From Camelus ferus (taxonomy: Eukaryota): DNA of 60,000 nucleotides. Below the pieces are notes generated by a model. That model was not told the DNA's origin. It was given only the letters and a program-made list of their open reading frames with translations, and did no database searches. Location of the stretch: positions 3,474,001 to 3,534,000 of the forward strand of contig NC_045696.1 of NCBI RefSeq assembly GCF_009834535.1, given 5' to 3'. The translations under genes were made by a program, and so were the position numbers. Below, piece by piece: positions 25,563 to 38,549 of the stretch (position 1 is the stretch's first letter; every line of letters begins with the position of its first letter).

Positions 25563-26278
25563 CAAGAGGGAGTCAAGCCGGATTTAAGGAGGTAGATGCT
25601 GCCAGCCCTCAGAGCCGGGGAAGGGGTGGGGGGCCTGCATTAGACTTGGGGTGTTCAAATGAGCTGAGAACGCAAAGCCACCGTCAAGTGGAAGCAAGAA
25701 CTTAGATTGTTGGCTGAAGCAAGAGGTAGGGGGCCTGGAGGAAGCTTGAAGGCAGCTGGATCCAGGAAGTTTGGCTTCTGCTCCGTAACCTGTGGGCCAG
25801 GGAGAGAGACTTTGTCAGGACATCAGCTTAGGAGAGAGATGACGAAGCTGAGCCCTAGCTGAGCACATGGCTTCTTTGTCCAGCCAATGAGCGTTGTCCC
25901 AGCAAACTGAGGTCAGCAGAGGGAGGGGGAGGGGCCCTCCCAGAGGCTCAGGACAGGTGAGGACGAGTCTGAGAGCCCCGTCAGAAGGGCTGTGAGGCCA
26001 CCTGATCCAAGCTGCCCTGTGGTCAAGTTCAGGTCATCTGACCCAAGCTCCAGCGTGGCCAGGGTTGGGCAAGACTGGCCCCTCTGCAAGCATTGGGAAA
26101 CTCCTGGGATAAGCTTCAGCAAGGGAGTCAGAGAAGAAGCCGTGGGGACACAGACGTGGGCCTGGTCACCCCGGGGAAGGCCAGCGTCCACCAGCACTGG
26201 TAACTTTTAGGATTTCTAACAGCTCCCTGTTTTGTTCGGTCTCGCCTGCGTCCCAGCCTTGGCCAGTAGTAAAACTCA

Positions 26279-26772
26279 AGCATCAGTTTCCTGTGGCTAC
26301 AGTCACAGTGACCACCAACGGTGCTTAAAACAGCACACGTGCATGACCTTCACATTCTGGAGGTCAGAAGTTTAAAATCAAGCTATTGGTGGGGCTGCAT
26401 TCCATTCAGGAGATTCCTCTCAAGGAGAGAACTCATTTCCTGGCCTTTGCCAGCTTCAAGAGTCCACCTGCATCCTCGGCTGATGGCCCCTCCTCCACGT
26501 CCAAGGCCAGCAACACAGCATCCTCTCTCCTCTCTCCTCTCTGATCTCTGCTCCATCCCATCTTCTCTGACCCCCTTGCCTCCCTCTTTCCCTTGTTAAG
26601 ACCCCTGTGATCACACTTAGGGCCTGCCTGGATAATCCAGAGCAATCTTCCCCTCTGAAGATCCTTAGCTTAACTGCATCTGCAAAGTCCCTTTTGCCCA
26701 TAAGGAAACTTTCACAGGTTCTGAGGGTTAGGACGTGAGTCTCTTTGAGGGGCCATTATTCTGTCTCCTGCA
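26279..26772 (-). mobile_element. MLT1D solo LTR
   Basis: ttctggaggtcagaagt...cctggataatccag...catctgcaaagtcccttttgcc...ggggccattattctg. Confidence 0.85.
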
Positions 26773-27659
26773 GCCCTTAGGAATGAAAAATGGTTTGTGT
26801 CCTTGTCCTCAAGAAAGCAGAATAGAGAAAACAGTGGGAAGCTTGCATCCGGCTCCGATATTGGGGGCTGAGAAGTGGTGCGGCAGGCGAACCCCAGGGG
26901 AGGCGAGCCATCACAGCCAGCGCAGAGCCTCCAGGAGCAGGGAGCCCAGACCAGGGGAAAGGAGCCGTGCAGCACGGAGAAACAGCTCTGTAGGCTGGCC
27001 AGCAAGCTGCCTGGGCTTTCCAAGTTGGATAGAGCAGGATTCTGGGGACAGATTCCGGAAGGCCATCTCCACCTCCTCGGCCATCGTCTCTCCAATGCCG
27101 CTGTGAAAAGGGTAACATCCCATCTGAGGAAGCCTTGAGGACCCTTCTGGCATGTAGCCCTCTCTCACCTGTTTCCGTCCTCCAGGATCTCGAACGTGTG
27201 ACTCCAAATGGAAAGAATGAGACTCATGCCAAGAATCGCGGTGACCGACAAAGCTTGATGTCAGTTCAAGATGAAACTTGTTGGCGTGTTGATTTGTGTT
27301 CCTAACCAACCTGGATGCTGAAACGTTGCATCTGTTTACACTCCTGTCACTCATTTATTCGGTTGTGCAATCCCCAGGTACCTGGCAGTAACTCTGCTCG
27401 CAGACCTTTGACCTGCTCCCAGGGATTCGGACCTCTTTTCCCACCACTTCCACTAGGAAGGGCCACCGCAGTCAGGCATCCTGTCTGACTCCCTCGAGAC
27501 CGAACGACAGCCCAAGAATTGACCCGGGAAGGCCGTGCTCTAAAATAGACCGAGGCGGGGAGGGAGGGCCCTGGCAGCAAGTCCAAGAAGCGAGAGGGCT
27601 CCAAAGCCAGCCTTGGTGACAGCTGGCCTGTCCACACCTGCCGGCCCACTTCTGTTGGT

Positions 27660-28250
27660 TTCTTTTTTCTGTTTGTTGTAACAGCTTTACTGGGATGCAA
27701 TTCATACGCCATACAATTCACCCAGAGTGTAAAATTCAATCATTTTTAGTATATTCACAGAACTGTGCAATCATCACCACAGTCGCTTGCAGAACATGAC
27801 CATCACCCCAGAAAGGAGCCCTTCAGCTGTCACCTCCCCATCCTCCCAGCTCTCCCAACCCCCTGCCCTGGGCAACCACTAATCCGCTCTCTGTCTCTGT
27901 AGATCTGCCTGTTCTGGACATTTCATATGAACAGGACAATACAAAATGTGGCTTCGTGTGTCTGGCTTCTTTCACTTAATAGAATGGTTTTGGGGGTGGG
28001 TGGGTGTAGCTCAGTGGTAGAGCACATACTTAGCATGCACGAGGTCCCGGGTTCAATTCCTGGCACCTCCATTAAAGAAAAAAATCAATTTAAAAATAGA
28101 ATGTTTTCAAGTTTCATCCATGTCGTTGCAGGTATCGGTTCTCCGTTCCCGTTTATGGCTGAGTAATATTCCACCATGTGGACAGAGCACATCTTGTTTT
28201 CCCTGTCGTCTGTTGATGTGGGTTGTTTCCACCTGTTGTGAAGAGTGCTA
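27660..28250 (-). mobile_element. L1MB-like 3' fragment interrupted by a SINE
   Basis: aacagctttactgggat...tttagtatattcacaga...ctgggcaaccactaatc...ctggcttctttcactta...atggctgagtaatattcca. Confidence 0.85.
27992..28094 (+). mobile_element. tRNA-Ala(AGC)-derived SINE (Vic-1-like) with A-rich tail and TSD
   Basis: 28000-28071 closely follows tRNA-Ala(AGC) (gtgtagctcagtggtagagc...ttagcatgcacgagg...gggttcaattcctggcacctcca); TSD aatagaatggtttt (27978-27991) / aatagaatgtttt (28095-28107). Confidence 0.9.
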
Positions 28251-29199
28251 CGGCCCCATTTCTCGAGTTGTTTCTCATAAAAGACTTGTGTGTGTTTGCA
28301 GCGGGGAAGGGATCTTTGCCCCACCCAGAACTTGGTCTAGGCTGGCACCATTGGTGCCCCCTTCTCTGTCCTCAGATCAAACCCTGTGTAAGGATTTTCA
28401 GCAGCTCCACTCTTCCTGGGGGGCCTCACCGTGAACCCTGAGGACCCTGGAGCGAGTCCATCCAGCCCACTCGCCACCAGCCGCAGCCCAGGGACCTGCA
28501 GGAGGCTCAGGGAGGATGGCTGTGGTGCGGGTCTCCACAGGACCACGCCCATTCACCTAAACCACGGTTCTTAGGCTCCTGTCACATCACGCCCTGGGAC
28601 TCGGCCATTCTCGGGTGCTAGCGACTGTAAACTCAAGAATCAGTTTCCTTAACCCAGACCGAAACATCGTGAGGCGGGTTGCTGCCCGCACCCGAACACT
28701 GTCGTTATAAAGTTCTCGGAGCAAAGCCTTTCCCTGCAGAGTAATGTAAGCTTCTCACCTGTGCTTTCTTCACTTGGACCAAATCCCACCAAAGTTCACG
28801 CGTCACTTCTGTCCTTGCTGGGAAATCGACGGGACTCTTACTGAAAACTGTGGCCCCCTGGGAATGAAACACTGGCAGGGGAAAGTGGAAAAGCAGATCG
28901 CCGCGTGCGCATCAGACCCCAACACACACGTGCACACACACGTGCGGTGCTGACTCGGGTGTCTGGGCCCCAAAGGCCCCCTCAGGTCACAGAGAATGGA
29001 AGGGACCGTGGGCAATGGGTCCCGAGGACCGTGTGCTGAACTGACCCAAACAGGGCACAACCACGTGGTGGGTATTTGGGCCCCACAGACGAAAACACAT
29101 GGGGAGACCAAAGTCAAATTAGCCAGAGGCTTAGACCTGGGGGGAGAAAGGCGACGAGAGAGCACCGTGGAAGGAAGTGGCGAAGAAACAGGGACAATT

Positions 29200-29600
29200 G
29201 AGAGGAGCCGGCGACGTCACCTGGACAGACTAGGGGAAGCACGGACTGGAGGAAGGCCGGAAAGTTCAGGAGAGGTGAAGTGTCGGCGGGGGAGGAAAGG
29301 CCGGGAAGGAGAGCGCGGCCGGCGCGTGCTGCGGAGGCCCCGGCCGGCCGGCGGCAGGCCGCAGGCGGGAGCCGAGCGGGCAGTGAGCAAGGACCCGGCG
29401 GGAGGCCGCGGGCGGCTCCTAGACGAGATCGTGCAGTGCGGCGGCGGGAGCCCGCAGGGCCTCGGGAACCTCGAGTCTGTGGGCGGAGGGGAGACGCGCT
29501 CTCCGACGGTGTCCGCTTTTCACCTGGAAGCGAGGTCGGGTGACAACAGAAGCAGTGGCCGTGCCTCTCTCGGCAGGTGCGCCCAGCCGTCCTCACACCT
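29200..29600. other. Orphan CpG-rich island-like segment
   Basis: Dense CpG (gcgcggccggcgcg, ccggccggccggcggc, gcggcggcggg) relative to flanks; no coding signature. Confidence 0.6.
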
Positions 29601-31399
29601 GGTCTTCACAGGAAGCTCCTGCCACCCCGGGTAGAGGTGAGGACAAGGACTCACCTGAGCTTGCACACATGACCCCGCCCCCCGCCGCCCAGGTCTCCTG
29701 GCTGCAGACCCCGGCCCCCAAGGGGAGCGCTCTGCGAGCTGATGGCAGGGCAGCTGCCCCAGTGCCCGCCTTCCCCCAGCTGTGCACGGGGCCACTTCAG
29801 CCCACCTTGAAGACTGCTCTGGGATGTGGCTTGGGCGTCAGGCTTTTGGAAAGCCCCTGGGTGAATCTAATCACTGCCAAAGTGAGGCTGAACACTGCTG
29901 CCAGGGGCCCCCTTCCGTGGGGCAGGGGAGTTTCTGGGCTTCATCCACATTTGAGAGTCTGCCAGGCGGGCCAGCCACCAGCTGTGCACAAATTTAACGA
30001 ATTTTTAAAGTCTGCAAACAGTGACATCTGGTCATTCGTGGGACTCTATGTTTTAAAATGAGCTTTGAACCAAAGGCCCAGCAGGGTGGGTCAGCACCCA
30101 GGAGCAAGGACAAAACTGGGTGAGGCTGGGTGAGGGCAGTTCCACCCTAGCAACCCTCCTGAGGGGCAGGTTCAAGGTGAGCCACTCCCGTGAGGGCACA
30201 GCACCTGCCTATCAGGTTAGGCCAGTCCTGCAATCACCCGACAGCCAGAGAGCTTCTCGCCTGGATCAGCGCTTGGCATGCTGTGGGATCTACTCATCAT
30301 GGGCTGGATGGAACAGCCCCAGGGGGGCAGCCCCCCCAGGGTTGAGCCTCAGCTGCACAGGGACCCTTCCCAAAAGAAAGCCCGAGGCCAGGGACTACCT
30401 CCAAGGCACAGGCCTTTTAAACCCTCCTCCCTGGATCATGGCTAGAGCTCCCTCTGGCTAACTCGGCCCCAGGCCCCCAGCGCCTCTGTGAGAGTCCTAA
30501 CCAGCCCCTCAGAGCACCTCTGAGAGCGCAAAGCCCAGCCACACCTGCTTGGGGAGCTATTCTGAAGCAGGTCCTCCAGTTCAACCACAGGTGCCTTTCG
30601 TCCCCGGCGGAAGTTACTGAGTGCCCACTGGGCTTGTTGCTCTGGCCCTGCCCGAATTTGTGGTCCAGTAGTACTCTCCTCCTAGCTGCGCCAGAGTCTC
30701 ATTTTTGCCTGTGGTGAGCCCCTGCACCTTGGCCAAAGGGAACTTGGTCCTCTGTGCTGACCCTCCGGCACCCTCTGGGGTCCCTCCTACACCCCCACCC
30801 CTAGCCCGGCTTGCACCGGCCTGGGGACAGGCAGTGGGTGCTGAGGGCCCTGGAGCCGGGCGCCACTCCCTGGGCTGGTCTGACCCAGTTCTCACCCTTC
30901 CTTCACCCCACTTATTTTTCCAATCTGCAAAGCTCCAACCGACTTCCAAAGTCACTCATTTTACAGAGGAAACACATGGAAATGCTAACAGGGATTAAGA
31001 TCGAGTGAAAGCCAAGAAAAGAAAACAAAAGAAAGGAAAAAGCTACTCATGACTTTGCCAGCAGCAGCTCTCCGTCCTCACAGCCTTGTGTGTGGCGGCC
31101 TGGGCTTCAAAGGGCTTCCTCTGTGGGGCAAATGCAGCTTCAGGGTGGCTGATGCAGGCATTTCCCCGGGGCTTCCATCTCCATCGTGGATGGAGAGAAA
31201 GCAAAGTGGTAAATGTGGGGACCTGAAGGACACCCCATTTTCCTGAGTTCACCAGCCCCATTTAACGCAACGGTCCTCAGCACCCCCCACCCCAGGCAGC
31301 AGAAAAGAGGCAGAATTTCTAGTCATCAAACGTATGCTCGTGCACTTTTTAAACCTCTTTGTTGCAAGGAGTCTTCATTTGATCTTGATCCGTGGAAAA

Positions 31400-31905
31400 T
31401 ATTAGGATTCAGTTCAGCTGACTATGGCAAAGATTTGACTTAAATGCAAAAGTGGCTTAAGTGGCTTAAATGCAGAAGGCTTTAGTTCTCACACAGAAAA
31501 GAAGTCCGAAAGCAAATATTCCAGGGCAGATATAGTGGCTTCATGAAGTCACCCGACCCCCATGCTGCTTCTGTTTTTCTGTTCTGCCACATGTGGCTTC
31601 TAGTCTCAGAGTCAACTCATGGCACAAGATGGCTGCTGGACCTCCAGCCATGGCAACTACATTCCAGGCAGTGGAAAGAAAGAAGCAGGGGGATTTGCAA
31701 GAAGTGCCTCCTCCCTTTGAAGGAGATTTATGAGAATTCCCACATTTCCATGGACAGCTCTTTGGCAGAACACCACATGAGGACCAAGAAGCTGGAAAAG
31801 GCAGTCCTTTAGCTGGGCACACTGCTAGCTCAAATAAAATTGGTGTTCTGTTATTCAGAAGGAAGAGAAGGGCAGATGTTGGGGAGGGTACCAGAAACCT
31901 CTGAC
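31400..31905 (-). mobile_element. Old MaLR LTR (MLT1J-like)
   Basis: aagtggcttaaa...caagatggctgctggacctccagccat...ttccaggcag...tttagctgggcac...aataaaattgg. Confidence 0.75.
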
Positions 31906-32292
31906 GGGCGCTCGTTACCCTGTCGGAAAGATGTAAAGTTGATGGTCACCGCCGGTCTCCTCCTGTGTGTCCATAGTTAACATGTGAAGAGGATCAAAGT
32001 TGTAGTTGGTGATGGCACAGGTTCCCAGGTATATGAGGAGGTTGACAAAAGCACGAGCAGATGAGGAAATGTGGGGCAAGGTTTAACTCATCTTTCCTTT
32101 CTTTCTTTTTTTTTTTTTTTTTTTTTGCATTGATGCAATTTCTGCATCCATGACCCCATCTGTTGACCAATCAGTGGTGATCAGGTGTTTATCAGCAGTT
32201 ACTCTGTGCAGGTAACCCGGGGCTTGGAGCCTGCAGCATTCGTAGGACTCTTAATTGAAGCCAAACGCTCTTCTGACTGTCCTCCCCCACCC

Positions 32293-32672
32293 TGTTAGTC
32301 AGCTCCGGCTGCCACTGCAAAACACTGCAGATCATGTGGCTCAAACAAGAGAAGTTTATTCTCTTTGTGATTCTGGAGGTTGGAAATCCCAGATCAAGGG
32401 CTGACTTGATCTGGGCTGATCCTCTGAGGCCTCTCCTTGGCTTGTAGATGGTCATCTTTTCCCCGTGTCCTCACGACGTCATCCCCCTGTGTCCTAATCT
32501 CCTCTTCTTATAAGGACACCAGACAGACTGAACTAGGGCCCACCCTGATGAGCTCGTTTCAGTGTAATCACCTCTTTAAAGACCTCATCTCCAATAGGGT
32601 TACGTTCTAAGGTACTGGGGGTTAGGACATGCAAAATACGATTTTTCAGGGGACACGATTCAGCCCATAACA
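32293..32672 (-). mobile_element. MLT1B solo LTR
   Basis: ctgaggcctctccttggcttgtagatgg...tcttcttataaggacaccag...ggggacacgattcagcccataaca. Confidence 0.85.
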
Positions 32673-35179
32673 CCCTTCAAAGCATGACTACTGTCACTAT
32701 GGTCTACTTCAATGCTGCTGATGATTTAATAAAGCTACACATCAGTATTTCTGCAGAGCATTTCTCCTGCTCATCTGGGTTTCCCCAGAGCAGAGGTACA
32801 TTAGCATCTGCTTCAGATGTCTGGTTCCTGGAAGTTGTACTAAACGGATCTTCAGTGACTTGAGAGGTGACTCTGTCCCACTACCAGCCATTTGGCATTT
32901 CTGGAAAAACAAGTGGACCAGTTTTAGGGAACCTATCATTTTCCCCTGTAAGTGCAGGAGCTCCCATTTGGACCATTTATCCTGAAAGAAGGTCGCTACT
33001 AATCCTGAGTGTCTTGAGTCCACTGAAGACTCTCAGGTCAGCCCAGGTCTGGGTTGGCTACAACGTGAGTGCAAAAGCCAGCCCTGTAGGTGGACGCTAA
33101 GTCTGCAGGAGTAGGGACATCGCTCACCTGTCGGGCTCTGGGGACCTGACATCAAAGGTGGGCAACAGACTCACGCTTCTGTTCCATGCGCTGCAAATGC
33201 CGGGAAGGAAGTGGGCGGAAGCTGTATTGCAGGGTGAGGGAGAATGTGCCACACTGTGAACTTGGGGCCGCAGGGTCCCAGCACCAGTGTCTGTAAGACG
33301 TCCAGAGCTGGGGAAGGAAGAGCCGAGTGCAGGACCAAGCGAGCCCACTCCTGGAGCCCGGCCCGTGGCCTCCTCCATCGAGTCCACCTTCCCACGAGTC
33401 TCCCTGCTTTAACCTGTCATCCACATTTCATTGTGGATGGAAGAGGACTTTTCCCGGAAGGCTGGCGACAGGCAGAGACCCTCTGCAGCCTTTCCCACCC
33501 TCGGAGAAAGAACCCTGGGGCCAAGGTCTAAGTTCTGGCTCTGGCGCTGCCCTGGGCTGGGCGCACTGTGCTCTGCATCTAAAAGGCACGTGGGTGGAGT
33601 TAGGAGACCTCCAGGCTCCTGTCCATCTCCAAAGTCCTACGGCTTTTTCTTGGGAACCAAGAGGAACTGATTTGCAAACCAGCCTTGCCGGGTGTGATGG
33701 CGCCCTTCTAGTCCAGGAGTCCAAACGCGCTGACTCTCCTAACAACCCCCCGTCCCCGCCCTGCCCGCAGGGGAGCCAAGACACGCGCTCCAGCCTGGGT
33801 GCTGCCAGGCACAGCTCAGCTTCCGTCTTCCTCAGCCATCTGCAAACTGCTCCTTATTCAGCACGAGCTGTGAGGGACGCAGGGCCGGCCCTCTGTCCGC
33901 GGGTGCAGGCCCAGGCTCCGGGGCCAGCCACCGGGACTTGGGCACCACGGGGCTGGTGTCGGAAGAGGGCCCTGGAACCAGTCCCCTGTGGGTACCCAGG
34001 GAAGCCTGTGTGAGAAGCAAGCTCCTTTCCTTCCTCTTCTTAAAATATACATTTATACGTGCTTGTAAAAGAATCTCCCTTTATCTTAGTTTGAAAGAGA
34101 TTGAGTGGTACCTGTGTCCTGCACTTTCTGGTTGACTAAAGAACAGCGTGACCCGATAAACGGACGTTTTAAGGCGCTTACAGGGCCTGGAATGAGACGC
34201 AGAAGCCAATTTGAGCACAGAATAAAAATACCATCTGGGTTTCGGTGACAATGAGTAACACTGTTGGCTCCTCTGAGCTCAGACAGTTATTATATGAAAA
34301 AGGATTCTTTTTAAGCCTGCACAGTTAACATGGTAAAAGACGTTCAATGGTGAAAAAAGAGACAAAAAGAACCCCTGTCGCGGTGCGTCGCACCAGCCTG
34401 GTCCACAGGGCGGGCGTTCATCACATCTGGAAACGTAGGTGGAGCACTGAGAGTGTCATCAGGGACACCTCCAACATCGGGCAGCAGGAGATGCCGCCGT
34501 CCGTGCATTCAGAGTTTGTGGTCGCCCCGAACCCCCCGCAACTGACGGGGTGAGGGCTGGGAGGAGGCGGGGAGGGGGTCCAGGAGCCTGTGCTTTCCGC
34601 ACTCGCTCAACATCTTTGGGCCCTTAACTGACATCCAGTGAGGAGGCGCCACTGTCTCCCGCGCCCAGCATCTCAGTCTTCCCGGGAGACTCCGCTCTGT
34701 CCTCAGACCAGGACCAGCAGTCACTCCTGGCATTCGGCATCTCAGCCTGCCCGTCAGCCTGCCCGCTGTCCACCCTCTTCCGCTGGTTCTGGGTTCTCTG
34801 CCTCCCTCAACCCATACCTCGGCCAGCCCTGGAAGAACAATGACTTCTCTCTTCAAAGCTAAAAGCCATCTCCCTGGCTGCGGGCGAAGGGAGACTGCCC
34901 ACCCCACCCGCTGTGAAGGAGCAGAGGGGTGTTGAAGGCGGGAGACGTGGCTTGTGAGTAAGGAGGAAGCCGCAGACGGTTCTGCCAGGCTGTTACAGCA
35001 GTGAGAGCTCACATGAGTTGCCCACAGGCCTACGTGCTTTCTCTTTAAAAAGTGCATTGTTTCATTTAAAAATTATCACCCAACAGTTCTACTCTTTCCC
35101 ATATGTAAAACCACAAAATCGTTGACCTTCACGTACTGTCTGGATACCATGTGGCTTCCTCTGTTCCCAGCCCTGCCCA

Positions 35180-35232
35180 GCACACACACACAAACACACA
35201 CTCACACACATGCACTCACACACATACACACT
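35180..35232. repeat. (CA)n microsatellite
   Basis: cacacacacacaaacacacactcacacacatgcactcacacacatacaca. Confidence 0.85.
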
Positions 35233-35262
35233 CTTGCCGCCCTAATTCCTCTCTCTGCATTC

Positions 35263-35346
35263 TTTTTTTTTTTTAATGGAGGTACTGGGGATTGAACCCA
35301 GGACCTCATGCAGCACACGCTCATCACTGAGCTATACCCACACCCC
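35263..35346 (-). mobile_element. tRNA-Ala-derived SINE (Vic-1-like)
   Basis: Poly-T then aatggaggtactggggattgaacccaggacctc...actgagctataccc. Confidence 0.85.
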
Positions 35347-35359
35347 TTTCTTGGCATCT

Positions 35360-36220
35360 TGAGCCAACTTTAATCAGGCTGTCACCTCCACCACACCCCG
35401 CCAAGCAAATCTCAAGGTCATCAGTGATGACCCTGTTGCTCAATGCAGAGCTCAATTCTCAGTCAACCTCTATCTTTTTTTTTTAATTAAAAAATTATAT
35501 ATAATTTTTAAAGGTTATTTTCCAGTTACAGTTATCACAAAATATTGGCTATATTCCCCATGTTGTACAACATATCCTTGAGCCTGTCTTACACCCAGTA
35601 GTTTGTCCCACCCACTTCCCCCCCATCACCTTGCCCCCTCTCCACTGGTAACCACTAGTTTGTTCTCTGTATCTGTGAGCCTGCTTCTTTTTTGTTATAT
35701 TCAGTAGTTTGTTGTATTCTTTACATTCCACATATAAGTGACGACATGCAGTTTTGTCTTTCTCTGCCTGACTTATATCACTTAGCATAACACCCTCCAG
35801 GTCCATCCATGTTGCTGCAAATGGCAAATTTTCATTCTTTTTCATGGCTGAGTAGTATTTTATTATATATGTATATATATATGTATATGTATATGTATAT
35901 ACCGTGTGTGCGTGTGTGTGTGTGTGTGTATAATCACAACTTCTTTATCCATTCATCTGTTGATGGACACTTAGTTTGCTTCCATATTCTGGCAACTGTA
36001 AATAATGCTGCTATAAACATTGGTGTGCATGTATCTTTTTGAATTTGTGTTTTTGCTTTTTTTAGGTGTACACCCAGGAGTGGGACTGCTGACTCATATT
36101 CTAGTTCTATTTTTAGTTTTTTGAGAAACCTCCAAGCTGTTTTCCAGTCAGCCTCTTTCTTGACTCTTCATGCAACGTTGGACCCTGTAGATCACTCCCA
36201 CCTTCTAGAACACTTTTGTT
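35360..36220 (+). mobile_element. L2 reverse-transcriptase-region fragment split by an L1 (parts ~35360-35474 and 36145-36220)
   Basis: caaggtcatcagtgatgacc...caattctcagtc | cttgactcttc...gatcactcccaccttctagaacact matches the L2 ORF2 pattern. Confidence 0.65.
35475..36144 (-). mobile_element. 5'-truncated L1 with TSD
   Basis: ORF 35549-35845 gives ORF2 C-terminal KKNENLPFAATWMDLEGVMLS; poly-T; TSD cagtcaacctctatc (35460-35474) / cagtcagcctctttc (36145-36159). Confidence 0.9.
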
Positions 36221-36844
36221 TACCCACCATTCCTGGCCTACATGATATCTTTGTGTGGATTAAAGAAAGTCACCCTTCTGGGCAGATGCAGCTCCATGGG
36301 CATCCAGCCCACGAGCAGAGTGAAGGCGGCCCCTTTGTGCAGTGCACAGACTGTACAACAGTATAGGGCAGTTCTACAGGGCTACAGGTTGAGGCTGGAC
36401 AATCTGATAGTGAGATGCCAGAGGTACAGAACAGAGATCTCAAGCAGATCCCAGAAAAGGTAGGAGGGGACAGGGCAAGGTTTCTGGAAGAAAGGCAGAC
36501 TGGAGAAGGAGAGGGCATGTTCTCCAGTGGAGTAGGAAATTTTCATGATCTCTCACCAAGAATCTGACTCGGTGCTTATGTGACAGCATATTCTGATTTG
36601 GGGGAAACGCACACTGAAGCACTTTGGAGTCAGGCTCATGATGTGTGTAACTTGGTCTCAGATGATTCAGCTCCACATCTGAGCATGTACGTCAGGGGGG
36701 ACCCAGCCGCCAGCAGGTGGAGCGCACCTGACAACAGGTTGACGGGGTCAAAGGTCTGTGGGCCTTCTCTGTGCTCTTCCTGTACTTGCAGCTTTTCTGT
36801 AAATTTCAATTGATTTCCATCTAAAACACTCTCTTAGAAGGGAA

Positions 36845-37215
36845 ATAGAGGCAAAACTAGGGAGACAGGAAGAGAATCAGTGGTTGCCAGGGGCTGGGGA
36901 GGAGAGAGGGACAAGCAGGTGGAGGTCAGAGGGACTTCAGGGCAGGGACACTACTCAGTGTGACAGTGCAAGGGCAGGCACAGGTCGTCACACATCCGTC
37001 CTGGCCCGTGGGACATTCGGCCCTGAGCGGCTCTAGTACAAACTTTGGATGACAGTGCCGTGTCAGTGCAGGCTCATCGACTGTAAGAAGTGCACCCTCG
37101 GGTGGGGTGTCGGCAGCGGGGGAGGCTGTGCCTGTGGCGGGACGGAGGATGTGTGGGACGCCTCTCAGTATTGCTGTGAACCTAAAACCATCCTAGAAAA
37201 ATAAAGTCTTTAAAA
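36845..37215 (+). mobile_element. L1MC-like 3' UTR
   Basis: atcagtggttgccaggggctgggg...gtgtcagtgcaggctcatcgactgtaa...gctgtgaacctaaaac...aataaagtct. Confidence 0.8.
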
Positions 37216-37225
37216 TGAAAAAAAG

Positions 37226-37476
37226 CATGCAGATACTAACTACTTTATATAAAACAGATAAACAAGTTCCTCTTGTAGAGCACAGGGAGCTATATTAAAT
37301 ATCTTGTAGTAAATTATGGTGAAAAAGAATATGAAAATGAATTTAGGTATGTATGTATATAGCTGAAGCATTACGCTGTACACCAGAAAATGACACAACA
37401 TTGTAAACTGATTGCACGTCAATTAAAAAGAAAGAAAGTAAAAAAGGAAAACAAAAGAAAAGCAAAGTAAAAAAAG
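37226..37476 (+). mobile_element. Younger L1 3' end with A-rich tail
   Basis: agataaacaa...tagagcacagggagctatatt...gctgtacaccagaaa...acacaacattgtaaactga, then A-rich tail. Confidence 0.85.
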
Positions 37477-38084
37477 CTCACAACCTTAGCTCCACCCAGG
37501 ATGGGCTCAAGGCTCCCAGACTGGCCTTCAGAGCCCAGTGCCCTGCCCTCTCCCAAGCCGTGCCAGGGACCCAAGGGACGGACCATTCTTCTCCCAGGGA
37601 AGCAGGGCCCAGCCCCGCCCCATCACACCCATCTGGCTTTTCCCCCATTCTGAGGCTCAGGGTTGAATGTAGGTTCCTAATGGATGTCATTCTTCCAACT
37701 AATAGTTCAAGGTGTATAAACATCATAGCATTGGTGAACGTTTTGACCCTTCACTTCCAAAATAGTCACCAAAATGAGCAACAGATCTCATCTTTCACAT
37801 TTCTGCGTATAGAAGTATCTAGAGAGAATGGGTCTCCACAAGCAATGATCGCCAGAAATATTGTTTCCTAACATCCCTGTTTATGGAAAAATTAAGTGTC
37901 TGGACTGAAGGTTCAGCAGACTCGGAGGAAGGATCCTTGTATGACAGAAGCCAGCTCGGGCCCAGCAAGCTTTCCCGCCTCTTATGTTTACACAGGTCAG
38001 GTGAACCCAAAACCCAGAAACAGAAAGATTCAGGAGGGATTGCTCCGAACTTTGTCCTTCGTGGGGTTTCTCAGGGGAGCATCG

Positions 38085-38549
38085 TGCAGGACGAGGAAGT
38101 CCTCCCTTCTGCCCTTGTAGGTTCTCTGGCTGGTCTGATCATTAAATCCATATAAAACGGATTCATGGGAGAAACAAGTAAATAAAATGACTTACGTAGG
38201 AGAGCCCCCAAAAGGTAGAAGGCTCCAAAGGCAGCGAGGTAACTGAAGCCGACGCAGCATCTGAGCTGAGGAAAGGGGGAGGGTCTGGGGGCTCCAGGGA
38301 GGAGCACCCTTCCCAGGAAAGCAGAGAGGTTTGGAATACAAAGGTTGCCCTGTTACGCAGGTAACTTTCCCAGACAGAAAGGTGACCCTGGTGAGAGCTC
38401 TCTTCCTGCAGGTCCCCCTCCAGTGGAAGTAGTTGAGGTGGGGGGATGGAGCTTTTCCTGAATCTGCTGGGGGGTTTGTTGAGTTTAGCTCAAAATAAGC
38501 CTCACATGGCAGTGGCGAATTTTGGGGTGGCAAAGCCTGCTTCCTTTCA
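38085..38549 (-). mobile_element. ERV1 LTR (MER34/MER39-group-like)
   Basis: TG...CA ends; terminal tagctcaaaataa...tttggggtggca...cctttca typical of this group; TSD not convincing. Confidence 0.6.

Noticed and set aside
28000..28071. Functional tRNA-Ala(AGC) gene
   Set aside because: Stem mismatches, A-rich tail, TSD, insertion inside an L1 and three related copies in the window indicate a SINE.
32131..33459. Isolated ATF4 site (TGATGCAAT, 32131) and GAS site (TTCCCGGAA, 33451)
   Set aside because: Single short motifs are expected by chance in 60 kb and have no supporting context.
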